Positions 1 to 11,004 of a DNA stretch of 64,000 bases are shown piece by piece. The stretch lies in assembly GCF_039654945.1 (NCBI RefSeq), contig NW_027361869.1, forward strand, positions 7,688,001 to 7,752,000, given 5' to 3'. Positions within the stretch are counted from its first letter, which is position 1. Each line of letters opens with the position of its first letter. The notes under the pieces were generated by a model, which saw nothing but the letters and a program-made list of their open reading frames with translations, made no database searches and was not told the origin of the DNA. The position numbers were made by a program, and so were the translations under genes. Origin of the DNA: Dendrobates tinctorius (taxonomy: Eukaryota).

Positions 1-65
1 GCAGAACTGCATGATCAGTGCCACCACCTCGTCACTACAGAGCTGTATGATCAGTCCACCATCTT

Positions 66-208
66 GGCTGTTTGAGGACACAAATCTGTGCGCGATCCAC
101 GCTAAGAGGGTCACCATCATGCCCAAAGATATCCAGCTAGCCCGCTGGATCCGTGGGGAGAGAGCTTAGATCTGTCCTGCTCACCTGACTGCAACACAAA
201 GGCTCTTT
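66..208 (+). pseudogene. H3: Histone H3 3'-terminal relic ([33 protein letters not shown]) with truncated stem-loop
   Basis: Near-identical to the end of H3 at ~18476-18620. Has an R>W change, and the stem-loop is broken after GGCTCTTT. Confidence 0.92.
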
Positions 209-407
209 CCAGCATCAATGTGCTCTCCATCTGCATGTTATACCCCGTCCCCCATTTTTTTCCTGTATGATCAGTGCCACCTCCTCCTCCCCCGCAGAGC
301 TGTATGATCAGTGCCACCACTTCATCCCTGCAGAGTTCTATAATGAGTGCCACCACCTCGTCCCTGCTGACCTGTATGATCGGTGCCACCACCTCGTCCC
401 TGCAGAG

Positions 408-657
408 TTCTTCAGTGTTTTGTTCTCTGGCTCCACTTCATTTCCTCTTCCTCTTGCTGTCTGGGTACCTCAGGGCTCAGTCCTTGGCCCCCATCTCTTC
501 TCTCTCTATACAGCCCCAATTGGACAGACCATCAGCAAATTTGGCTTTCGGTACCATCTTTATGCTGATGACACACAACTGTATACGTCTTCCCCCGACC
601 TTACCCCTCTGTAATACAGAACGCCAGTGACTGTCTGTCCGCAGTCTCCAATATCAT
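408..657 (+). mobile_element. Internal fragment of an L2/CR1-group LINE reverse transcriptase
   Basis: Translates to [15 protein letters not shown]...YADDTQLY (RT motifs); flanked by satellite. Confidence 0.85.
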
Positions 658-1316
658 CAGAACCGTATGATCAGTGCCACCATCTATTCCCTGCAGAGCA
701 GTATGACCAGTACTGCCAACACATCCCTGCAAAGCTGTATGATCTGTACCACCACCTAGTCGCCACAAAGAAGTATGATCAGTGCCACCACCTCGCCCCT
801 GCAGAGCTGTATGATTACTGCCACTGCCTCATCCCTGCAGAGCTGTATGATCAGTGCCACAACCTCATCCCTGCAGAAATGGATGATCAGTGCCTCCAAC
901 TTATCCCTAAAGAGATGTATAATCAGTGCAACCACATTGTCCCCGTAACGATGTATGATCAGTAGAGTTGAGCGATACCAGCCGATACTTGAAAATATCG
1001 GATCGGAATGGATCGGCCGATCTTTAAAAAAAGTATCGGTATCGCCGATTCCGATACCGGGAACCAATGCAAGTCAATGGGGCCAAAATATCGGAATTAA
1101 AAAAAACCCTTTCTTTCCTTGTAGGTTAATTCTACATGAAGAAAAACAACTAAGAATAATGTAGAATGTATTGTGGGAGGTGGAGGAGACATTAAAGCCA
1201 TAGAGGTTTAGCCCAATCAAATGGAATAGCAGGAATTAAACTTTTTTTTTAAAGATGTTAGGAGTTACAAAGATATTGACTATGTTAGCCTCATTTATAT
1301 TTTGCCAGACATGTAT

Positions 1317-1488
1317 GTCTTCTTCTTCTACTTCCTTTTTTTACATTCTTCTTCTTCTTCTTCTACTTCCTTTTTTTACATTCTTCTTCTTCTTCTTCTA
1401 CTTCCTTTTTTTACATTCTTCTTCTTCTTCTTCTACTTCCTTTTTTTACATTCTTCTTCTTATTCCTTTTTTTACATTCTTCTTCTTC
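1317..1488. repeat. (TTC)n-rich compound microsatellite inside the hAT, followed by N run 1489-1637
   Basis: Repeated TACTTCCTTTTTTTACATTC(TTC)n. Confidence 0.85.
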
Positions 1489-2044
1489 NNNNNNNNNNNN
1501 NNNNNNNNNNNNNNNNNNNNNNNNNNNNNNNNNNNNNNNNNNNNNNNNNNNNNNNNNNNNNNNNNNNNNNNNNNNNNNNNNNNNNNNNNNNNNNNNNNNN
1601 NNNNNNNNNNNNNNNNNNNNNNNNNNNNNNNNNNNNNTCTTCTTATTCAACAATTATTATTCTACATATTCAGCTTCTTCATCTTCTTCCTATTCTTCTT
1701 CATCATATTCTTGTTTGTGTCAGGCATTCCTGTAGTTGTTATCTAGAAAAGTTAGAAGTTTACACCTTCCGTTGTGCCTGTCACAAAAGATTTACAACAG
1801 GATTTGTCCGCGTTCAGTTTGGCCTGCAGCAGCAGGCCTTTTCCAGGGGCACCACGAGGAGGAACGGACTCACCCCCATACACTGCTTAGTCTTCTTCTG
1901 CTTATAAATAAGATAATATCATTTGCTCAGAGTATTAGTCTTATGCTTAATGTTCTTCTGCTTTGTTTTTTTTATGCTTCTTTGTCTTCTCTCTCTTGTT
2001 GTTCTGCATCTTGGTGGTTGTCTTCCTGTTCTTTGTCCTCTTGA

Positions 2045-3334
2045 ACCAGCTGACGGTACTGGCACCCGGAGGGGCAGCAGAAGGAACAAGAGCCAATGGC
2101 ACTACCGAGGACCAGCTGACGGTGCTGGAACCCGATTACTAAGCAGGAGGTACCTGTGCTACAAAGCACTACCAAGGACCAGCAGACGTTGCCGGAACTC
2201 GGATACCGAGATGGAGGCACCTAGGCCAAAGGCTCTGACGAGAACCAGCTGACGGTGCTGGAACCCGGAGGGTTGGCAGAAGCTGCAAAAGCAAATGGAA
2301 ATAGCGAGGACCAGCTGACAGTGCTGGCACCCGGAGGGGCAGCAGAAGGAATAAGAGCCAATGGCACAACCGAGGACCAGCTGACGGTGCTGGAACCCGA
2401 TTACTAAGCAGGAGGTACCTGTGCTACAAAGCACTACCAAGGACCAGCAGACGTTGCCGGAACTCGGATACCGAGATGGGGGCACCTAGGCCAAAGGCTC
2501 TGACGAGAACCAGCTGACGGTGCTGGAACCCGGAGGGGTAGCATAAGCTGCAAGAGCAAATGGAAATAGCGAGGACCAGCTGACAGTGCTGGCACCCGGA
2601 GGGGCAGCAGAAGGAATAAGAGCCAATGGCACAACCGAGGACCAGCTGACGGTGCTGGAACCCGGTTACTAAGCAGGAGGTACCTGTGCTACAAAGCACT
2701 ACCAAGGACCAGCAGACGTTGCCGGAACTCGGATACCGAGATGGAGGCACCTAGGCCAAAGGCTCTGACGAGAACCAGCTGACGGTGCTGGAACCCGGAG
2801 GGGTAGCATAAGCTGCAAGAGCAAATGGAAATAGCGAGGACCAGCTGACAGTGCTGGCACCTGGAGGGGCAGCAGAAGGAATAAGAGCCAATGGCACAAC
2901 CGAGGACCAGCTGACGGTGCTGGAACCCGGTTACTAAGCAGGAGGTACCTGTGCTACAAAGCACTACCAAGGACCAGCAGACGTTGCCGGAACTCGGATA
3001 CCGAGATGGAGGCACCTAGGCCAAAGGCTCTGACGAGAACCAGCTGACGGTGCTGGAACCCGGAGGGGTAGCATAAGCTGCAAGAGCAAATGGAAATAGC
3101 GAGGACCAGCTGACAGTGCTGGCACCCGGAGGGGCAGCAGAAGGAATAAGAGCCAATGGCACAACTGAGGACCAGCTGACGGTGCTGGAACCCGGTTACT
3201 AAGCAGGAGGTACCTGTGCTACAAAGCACTACCAAGGACCAGCAGACGTTGCCGGAACTCGGATACCGAGATGGAGGCACCTAGGCCAAAGGCTCTGATG
3301 AGAACCAGCTGACGGTGCTGGAACCCGGAGGGGT
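2045..3334. repeat. 265-bp tandem repeat (~4.9 copies), built from four ~66-bp subunits
   Basis: ORF starts recur at 2220/2485/2750/3015/3280; core ACCAGCTGACGGTGCTGGAACCCG about every 66 bp. Confidence 0.93.
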
Positions 3335-3887
3335 ATCAGAAGTTACCCCTGAAAAGCAAAGTTGGCATGCCGCAAGCTGGCCGCAGTTACCGAATCACAC
3401 AGTCCTACAGGGGGTGCTTGTCCTACTGGCACTATGGAACAAACCTTTCTTACCAGAACCCAAAGTCCACATAGGAAGCACCTAAACTGCTGGCACCCTA
3501 GCCTCGGCTAACCCAACCGCAACACGACATGGCAACTTGGGGTGGCAAACTGACATTGACACTTCCCGGAAACAGCAGGCAGGGCTGGAACCAAGCTGGG
3601 CAGGAGGGAGTACCCGTGCCAAAGTCAGTTATGAGCAGCAACTGGCGATGTTGGAGCCCAGGACAAGCACTTAGCAGGCTGAGGCCTGATGTGCTGTCAA
3701 TTGGGAGGCAGCAGGACAGATTGCCATCAAAACAGCAGGGGAACAGCTGACGTTACTGAACCCCACAAACACAGGAGCTAGTGTTTTACTCTGTGAAGAC
3801 GGCACTTCCGAGCAACAACTGGCTGTGTTAAAGCCCAGGGACAAGCACGGAGCAGGCTTAGGCTGCATTGAAGAAATTTTAAGATCG

Positions 3888-4306
3888 GTTGTAGACTACT
3901 AATTTGAACCAAGCTCCACTTAGGCCTGTGGCTTCACTGATTTTCGTATTTCCCCTGTCCTCCAACCCCGCCAGTTACAGCTCCGAAGTGGCGTCTGCAC
4001 AATCCACACTTGTTCCTGTGTTACAGGTGTTCAGTCCGGTCAGTTAATCCCCTGATGTGTGTCCGGCAATGTCGCCTGCTCTGTCCACATTCCCATAATG
4101 GGAATGTGGACAGAGCAGGCGACATTGCCGGACACACATCAGGGGATTAACTGACCGGACTGAACACCTGTAACACAGGAACAAGTGTGGATTGTGCAGA
4201 CGCCACTTCGGAGCTGTAACTGGCAGGGTTGGAGGACAGGGGAAATACGAGAGACAGTGGAGCCACAGGCCTAATTGGAGCACGGTTAAAAATCAGTAGT
4301 GGTACG
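3888..4306. repeat. Long palindrome 1 (~210-bp arms, 1-nt spacer at 4097)
   Basis: ...CACATTCCCAT-A-ATGGGAATGTG...; arms perfectly complementary for about 125 bp from the centre. Confidence 0.93.
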
Positions 4307-4316
4307 ACTGTGTAGG

Positions 4317-6612
4317 CAGCAGGAGACTTTGCCATCCACACAGCAGGGGATCAGCTGACATTACTGAACCCCACTGAGACACGGGAGCAAGTATCTCTTT
4401 CCGTGTGGACGGCACTTCCGAACTACAACTGGCTGTGTTGAAGCCCAGGAAATAGGAGGGTGTAGGCAGAGGCCTACTGTATTTTGAATGAGGTGACAGC
4501 AGGAGAGACTGCCATCCACACAGCAGGGGATCAGCTGACGTTACTGAACCCCACTGAGACACGGGAGCAAGTATCTCTTTCCGTGTGGACGGCACTTCCG
4601 AACTACAACTGGCTGTGTTGAAGCCCAGGAAATAGGAGGGTGTAGGCAGAGGCCTACTGTCTTTGTAATGCGGAGACAGCAGGAGAGACTGCCATCTCCA
4701 CAGCAGGGGATCAGCTGGCAATGATGAACCCCACTAACACTTGAACGAATGTGTTTGGCTCTGTGGAGACGACACTTCTGAACACCAACTGACGCTGTTG
4801 GAGCCCAGGATTAGGCGAGGAGCAGGCTGTGGCCTACTGGATTTTGGCACGTGAAGGCAGCAGGAGACTTGCCATCTCCACAGCAGGGGAACAGCTGGCA
4901 GTGCTGAACCCCACTAACACTCTAACGAAGGTGTTTGGCTCTGTGGAGACGACACTTCTGAACACCAACTGACGCTGTTGGAGCCCAGGATTAGGCGAGA
5001 AGCAGGCTGGGGCCTACTGGATTTTGGCAGGTGAAGGCAGCAGGAGACTTGCCATCTCCACAGCAGGGGAACAGCTGGCAGTGCTGAACCCCACTAACAC
5101 TCTAACGAAGGTGTTTGGCTCTGTGGAGACGACACTTCTGAACACCAACTGACGCTGTTGGAGCCCAGGATTAGGCGAGGAGCAGGCTGGGGCCTACTGG
5201 ATTTTGGCAGGTGAAGGCAGCAGGAGACTTGCCATCTCCACAGCAGGGGAACAGCTGGCAGTGCTGAACCCCACTAACACTCTAACGAAGGTGTTTGGCT
5301 CTGTGGAGACGACACTTCTGAACACCAACTGACGCTGTTGGAGCCCAGGATTAGGCGAGGAGCAGGCTGGGGCCTACTGGATTTTGGCAGGTGAAGGCAG
5401 CAGGAGACTTGCCATCTCCACAGCAGGGGAACAGCTGGCAGTGCTGAACCCCTCTAACACTCTAACGAAGGTGTTTGGCTCTGTGGAGACGACACTTCTG
5501 AACACCAACTGACGCTGTTGGAGCCCAGGATTAGGCGAGGAGCAGGCTGGGGCCTACTGGATTTTGGCAGGTGAAGGCAGCAGGAGACTTGCCATCTCCA
5601 CAGCAGGGGAACAGCTGGCAGTGCTGAACCCCACTAACACTCTAACGAATGTGTTTGGCTCTGTGGAGACGACACTTCTGAACACCAACTGACGCTGTTG
5701 GAGCCCAGGATTAGGCGAGGAGCAGGCTGGGGCCTACTGGATTTTGGCAGGTGAAGGCAGCAGGAGACTTGCCATCTCCACAGCAGGGGAACAGCTGGCA
5801 GTGCTGAACCCCACTAACACTCTAACGAAGGTGTTTGGCTCTGTGGAGACGACACTTCTGAACACCAACTGACGCTGTTGGAGCCCAGGATTAGGCGAGG
5901 AGCAGGCTGGGGCCTACTGGATTTTGGCAGGTGAAGGCAGCAGGAGACTTGCCATCTCCACAGCAGGGGAACAGCTGGCAGTGCTGAACCCCACTAACAC
6001 TCTAACGAATGTGTTTGGCTCTGTGGAGACGACACTTCTGAACACCAACTGACGCTGTTGGAGCCCAGGATTAGGCGAGGAGCAGGCTGTGGCCTACTGG
6101 ATTTTGGCACGTGAAGGCAGCAGGAGACTTGCCATCTCCACAGCAGGGGAACAGCTGGCAGTGCTGAACCCCACTAACACTCTAACGAAGGTGTTTGGCT
6201 CTGTGGAGACGACACTTCTGAACACCAACTGACGCTGTTGGAGCCCAGGGTTAGGCGAGGAGCAGGCTGGGGCCTACTGGATTTTGGCAGGTGAAGGCAG
6301 CAGGAGACTTGCCATCTCCACAGCAGGGGAACAGCTGGCAGTGCTGAACCCCACTAACACTCTAACGAAGGTGTTTGGCTCTGTGGAGACGACACTTCTG
6401 AACACCAACTGACGCTGTTGGAGCCCAGGATTAGGCGAGGAGCAGGCTGGGGCCTACTGGATTTTGGCAGGTGAAGGCAGCAGGAGACTTGCCATCTCCA
6501 CAGCAGGGGAACAGCTGGCAGTGCTGAACCCCACTAACACTCTAACGAATGTGTTTGGCTCTGTGGAGACGACACTTCTGAACACCAACTGAAGCTGTTG
6601 GAGCCCAGGATT
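4317..6612. repeat. 180-bp tandem repeat (~13 copies) inside the hAT
   Basis: Sequence lines repeat every 180 bp; all three plus-strand frames contain stops. Confidence 0.95.
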
Positions 6613-6667
6613 ACGCATGCCGCATGCAGAGGCCAATGGGCAGTGGTTTTTATGGAGGTTGTGGACT

Positions 6668-7080
6668 ACTACTGATTCTAACCATGCTCCACTTAGGCCT
6701 CTGGCTCCACTGTCTCTACTATTTACCCTGGCCTCCAACCCCGCCAGCTACATCTCTGAAGTGGCGTCAGCACAATCTACACTTGTTCCTGTGTTACTGG
6801 TGCTCAGTCCCGTCAGTTGATCCCCTGATGTTTGTCCGGCAAGTTCGCCAGCTCTGTCCTCATTCCCACTACTGGTTATGGGAATGTGGACAGAGCAGGA
6901 GACCTTGCTGGACACACATCAGGGGATAAACTGATGGGACTGAGCCACAGGAACACAGGAACAAGTGTAGATTGTGCTGACGCCACTTCAGAGATGTAGA
7001 TGGCGGGGTTGGAGGTCAGGGGAAATAGTAGAGACAGTGGAGCCAGAGACCTAAGTTGGGCACGGTTAAAAATCAGTAGT
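6668..7080. repeat. Long palindrome 2 (~200-bp arms, 10-nt loop 6869-6878)
   Basis: CATTCCCA-ctactggtta-TGGGAATG centre; paralog of palindrome 1. Confidence 0.9.
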
Positions 7081-7294
7081 GGTTTGAATGTTGATGGAGC
7101 TGGTGACTTTGCTGTCCACACAGCAGGGGATCAGCTGGCATTACTGAACCCCACTAACACAGGAGCTAGTGTGTTTCTCTGTGCAGACGACACATCTGAG
7201 CGACAACTGGCTGTGTTGAAGCAAAGGGATTATAGTTCAGGTGGTAGAAAAATGAACACACCAGCAGACCTGGATACAGTTGCCAACCACTAAT

Positions 7295-10200
7295 TTAGTC
7301 TGTAAGAGGAATGGCAAAGTCTTTGGAGATCCAGGCCTTGTTCATTTTCAGAAAAGTCAGCCGGTCAACATTATCGGAAGATAGTCGCGTGCGACGGTCT
7401 GTTAGTACACCACCTGCGGCACTAAAGACACATTCCGATAATACACTGGCAGCAGGGCAAGCCAGCACCTCCAATGCATACTGGCTAAGCTCTGGCCATG
7501 TATCCAGCTTAGAGACCCAAAACTTGAAGGGGGAAGAGCCATCTGGGAGTACAGCGACAGGGCAAGACATGTAGTCTGACACCATCTGACGGAAGCGTTG
7601 CCTCCTGCTGACTCGAGGCGTCGCTGATGGTGTAGACAATTGTGGTGGACACACAAAACTTTGCCACATTTGGGCCATAGTGGTCTTGCCTTGTGCTGCG
7701 GCGCTGCCTCTGCTCCCTCTTTGTGCAGAGTTTCCTCCACTGCCTCGACGCACAGAGCTGCTTTGTAAAGCACTAGCAACAATGCTGTCGGGTGGAATGG
7801 AAAACATTATGGACTGCACCAGTGACTCTTCGTACTCCCGCATTTTACGCTCCCGGTTCAACGTTGGTATGAGCCTTTGTACGCTGTCCCGGTAGCGAGG
7901 ATCTTGGAGGGTGTACACCCAATAATCAGCCGAGACGAGAATGTGGGCGATGCGGCGGTCGTTTCTCAGGCACTGCAGCATGAAATCAACCATGTGCTGC
8001 AGACTCCCAACTGCCAAAGAACCGCTGTCCCCTGTTTGAGGCGTGACCTCGGCCTGCTCTGCATCACCCCACCCTCGCTGTACATACTGAGTAGAGGTTT
8101 GTGTACCTCCCTCCTCTGGAGAGATGTCTTCCTCCTCCATCGACTCCTCCTCATCCTCCTCACAAAGTGTCCCCTGCCTAGGCCTTTGTGAGGAAACACG
8201 TAGCGCAGACTGTCCAGAAGCAGATGGCATTTGGGACTCCTCATCCTCCACCTCTTCTGAAACCTCATCCCTTAGTGCTTGCAGTGTTTGTTGAAGCAGG
8301 CAGATAAGGGGGACAGTCATGCTGACTAGTGCATCATCTGCACTCGCCATCCGCGTGGATTCATCGAAGGCACGCAAAACGAGGCAGATGTCCTTCATAG
8401 AGGCCCACTCAATGGTGCTGAAGTGTGAACGGCGCACAGTGCGACTTGTTTGCGCCTGATGCAGCTGGTACTCCATGACTGCTGCCTGCTGCTCACACAA
8501 CCGCTCCAACATATGTAACGTTGAATTCCACCGGGTGGGTAGGTCACATATGATGCGATGTTCCGGAAGGCCAAATCGTCGCTGCAGAGCAGCGAGGCGC
8601 GATCTTGCCGTGCTGGAACGTCGCAAGTGAGCGCACTCTATGCGGACCTTGTGCAACAGTGCAGCAAGATCCGGATAGTCCCTCAGAAAGCTCTGCACGA
8701 CCAAGTTAAGAACATGTGCCAGACATGGGATGTGTGTGAGGTTGCCTAGGCCAAGAGCTGCCACCAGATTTCGGCCATTGTCACACACTACCAAGCCCGG
8801 CTGGAAATTCGCTGGCCCAAACCACACATCGCTCTCCAGCTTGATAGCATTCCAGAGCTCCTGCGCTGTGTGGCTTCGATTCCCCAAAGAAATTAATTTG
8901 AGTACAGCCTGTTGACGTTTGGCCACGGCTGTGCTCATATCGGTCGTAACAGGCTCCTGCTCTGCTGTTTCTGAGGAACTTGAGTAGGAGGAGGAGTCTA
9001 TGTGTACAGACTGGAGTCCTGCAATCCGTGGCGTTGGAAGAACACGTACAGCTCCACTCTCCAGATCTGTACCCGGCTCCACAACATTGACCCAGTGGGC
9101 AGTGAGGGAAAGGTATCGTCCCTGTCCATGGTTACTGGTCCACGCATCGGTGGTCAGGTGGACCTTGCTACTAACGGCGTTTAGTAGCGCATGTTTTATT
9201 TTGCCCTCAACATGTTTCTGCAGGGCAGGGACGGCTCGCCTGCTGAAATAAAAGCGGCTGGGCACGTTGTATTGGGGGACTGCCAATGCCATTAAGTCCC
9301 GGAAGGTGTCAGTGTCCACCAGCCTGAATGACAGCATTTCAACTGCCAGAAGTTTGGCAATGCCAGCATTCAGAGACTGTGCTCGGGGATGGTTTGCCGA
9401 GTAAGGGCGCCTTTTATCCCATGCCTGTGCTACCGATGGCTGTGATGGATGGGAACGTGCTGCTATGGGTGTAATCTGACAGGGTCTCCGGACAACAGTG
9501 GCAGAGGTTCTTCCTTGGCGATCCTGTGAGGAAGCCGAACCAGCAGTGTGTGAGCTGGAGGAAGAGGGCCCAACACGAACTGAAGAGGTGGTAGGTGGTG
9601 CTGTACGTTGGCCTACGTCTTCAGGGTGTCTCTGCAACTCCAACTCGTGCTTGGTGCGCACATGTTTCCACATATTTGTGGTATTGAGGTTGCTGACATT
9701 TCTCCCTCTTTTGACTCTCTGATGACACAGCTTGCATTTGACAAAGCAAATGTCATCTGCAACTGTGTCAAAAAAGGACCACGCACTGCAACTCTTGTGA
9801 GCGCCCGGTTTGCCTTTGGAAGGAGGAATGCTCCTAACGGGTGCCGAAGTGGAGGGTACAGGCAACCAAGTCTTCCCCCTCCCTCTGCCTCCTGTTTTGG
9901 CCGGTAGGGGAATCTCTTCCTCCGAGCTGCTCCCACCACCTTCCTGTTGCTCACGCCATGATGGGTCAAGGACCTCATCATCTTCCCTCCCCTCTTCAAA
10001 CAGCTGCTTCTCCGGGGTTGTCTCGCCAGCACCGTACGCACCAGAAAGTGGCAACTGAGTCTCGTCATCATCTGATGCGTACTGAGGTGTGCTGACCATA
10101 GGCACTGGCCCACTCGCCTCTTCAGATTCAGAGGGACAAAGAAGTTGCGCATCACTGCATACTCCCTCTTCTTCACATTCAGGAATGCTGCTTGGCTGGC

Positions 10201-10666
10201 CCCCTCTTTCCAAGCCAACAGATTCCGAGAACAGAAGTAGAGACTGTGATGGCTCCTGTCCATGTCTCTCTGACTGCCTGGGCACTTTGGCAGGTGGTGA
10301 AGAGACAGATGGTTGCTCTTCGGTGCTCTGACCCTGAGAGGATGCGGAATTAATTGAAGTCGATGCGTTAGCTGCCATCCATCCGACAACGGCTTCAATT
10401 TGTTCCTCCCGCAGCAGTGGGGTACGTTGAGGTCCTACAAAGCTGCGCATAAAGGACTGTTGCCTGCTAAAACTGGGGGATGCTGATCCACTGGTGCCCG
10501 CAGCAGGCCCAGAATCCCCACGTCCTCTACCTGTAGAATCCCCACGTCCTCTCCCTGCAGAATCCCCACGTCCTCTCCCTGCTGAAACTCCACGCCCACG
10601 CCCACGCGCCTTACACCCTGCCTTCTTCATCTTGCAAGACTGCTTAAGATAGGCAAAAAAGTACAA
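7295..10666 (-). CDS. hAT transposase (ZBED-like), 1123 aa; the true start may be the second Met (MKKAG)
   Basis: BED finger WSFF...CKLC...WKHVRTKH; TTDAW, CDNG, CLAH (CxxH), TRWNST, DPRY; C-terminal SECVFS in the hATC dimerisation region; N-terminal RG repeats. Confidence 0.93.
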   Translation of the reverse strand: MYFFAYLKQSCKMKKAGCKARGRGRGVSAGRGRGDSAGRGRGDSTGRGRGDSGPAAGTSGSASPSFSRQQSFMRSFVGPQRTPLLREEQIEAVVGWMAANASTSINSASSQGQSTEEQPSVSSPPAKVPRQSERHGQEPSQSLLLFSESVGLERGGQPSSIPECEEEGVCSDAQLLCPSESEEASGPVPMVSTPQYASDDDETQLPLSGAYGAGETTPEKQLFEEGREDDEVLDPSWREQQEGGGSSSEEEIPLPAKTGGRGRGKTWLPVPSTSAPVRSIPPSKGKPGAHKSCSAWSFFDTVADDICFVKCKLCHQRVKRGRNVSNLNTTNMWKHVRTKHELELQRHPEDVGQRTAPPTTSSVRVGPSSSSSHTAGSASSQDRQGRTSATVVRRPCQITPIAARSHPSQPSVAQAWDKRRPYSANHPRAQSLNAGIAKLLAVEMLSFRLVDTDTFRDLMALAVPQYNVPSRFYFSRRAVPALQKHVEGKIKHALLNAVSSKVHLTTDAWTSNHGQGRYLSLTAHWVNVVEPGTDLESGAVRVLPTPRIAGLQSVHIDSSSYSSSSETAEQEPVTTDMSTAVAKRQQAVLKLISLGNRSHTAQELWNAIKLESDVWFGPANFQPGLVVCDNGRNLVAALGLGNLTHIPCLAHVLNLVVQSFLRDYPDLAALLHKVRIECAHLRRSSTARSRLAALQRRFGLPEHRIICDLPTRWNSTLHMLERLCEQQAAVMEYQLHQAQTSRTVRRSHFSTIEWASMKDICLVLRAFDESTRMASADDALVSMTVPLICLLQQTLQALRDEVSEEVEDEESQMPSASGQSALRVSSQRPRQGTLCEEDEEESMEEEDISPEEGGTQTSTQYVQRGWGDAEQAEVTPQTGDSGSLAVGSLQHMVDFMLQCLRNDRRIAHILVSADYWVYTLQDPRYRDSVQRLIPTLNRERKMREYEESLVQSIMFSIPPDSIVASALQSSSVRRGSGGNSAQRGSRGSAAAQGKTTMAQMWQSFVCPPQLSTPSATPRVSRRQRFRQMVSDYMSCPVAVLPDGSSPFKFWVSKLDTWPELSQYALEVLACPAASVLSECVFSAAGGVLTDRRTRLSSDNVDRLTFLKMNKAWISKDFAIPLTD

Positions 10667-11004
10667 AGGGGGGCCTTAGTGTGCTTATTCCTGAACAGCT
10701 GGTTACAGGTACAAGAAACACTAATTTTATGAAGTGTGTGTGTGTGTGGACTAGACTTTAATAGGAGCTGATGTGGCCTACACAAGTTCAAAATGTAGTG
10801 TTTGGTGAACTTTTTTTGTGGTTTCTTTGTTGGAAACAAACTCAAAGTATGTGAACAAAGAATTGAAACTGATAGTATCACCAACTTTTTGGAGCTATTA
10901 CAATGCAGGCAGGTAACCTACAATGCAAAAGATGAGGCTCCAAAAAAATTGGGTAATACTAATCTGGCTGCGCCGGCAGGGCACAAGCCAGAAAAAAAGG
11001 CTCC

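Larger units (their letters stand above)
1..962 (+). repeat. 36-bp satellite (consensus TGTATGATCAGTGCCACCACCTCATCCCTGCAGAGC), interrupted by H3 relic and LINE fragment
   Basis: Tandem monomers visible at 1-65, 263-408 and 658-962; 12-aa periodic translations. Confidence 0.95.

Noticed and set aside
2045-3334. CRISPR-like pattern of a ~25-bp repeat with ~41-bp spacers
   Set aside because: The spacers themselves repeat every 265 bp, there are no cas genes, and the context is a vertebrate transposon.
4317-6612. CTCF or REST sites in the 180-bp repeat
   Set aside because: Only partial resemblance (CAGCAGGGGA; a TTCAGCAC half-site); not supportable without a motif scan.
7295-10666. Domesticated ZBED host gene
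   Set aside because: The ORF is still enclosed by TIRs, subterminal repeats and a perfect TSD, so it is a transposon.
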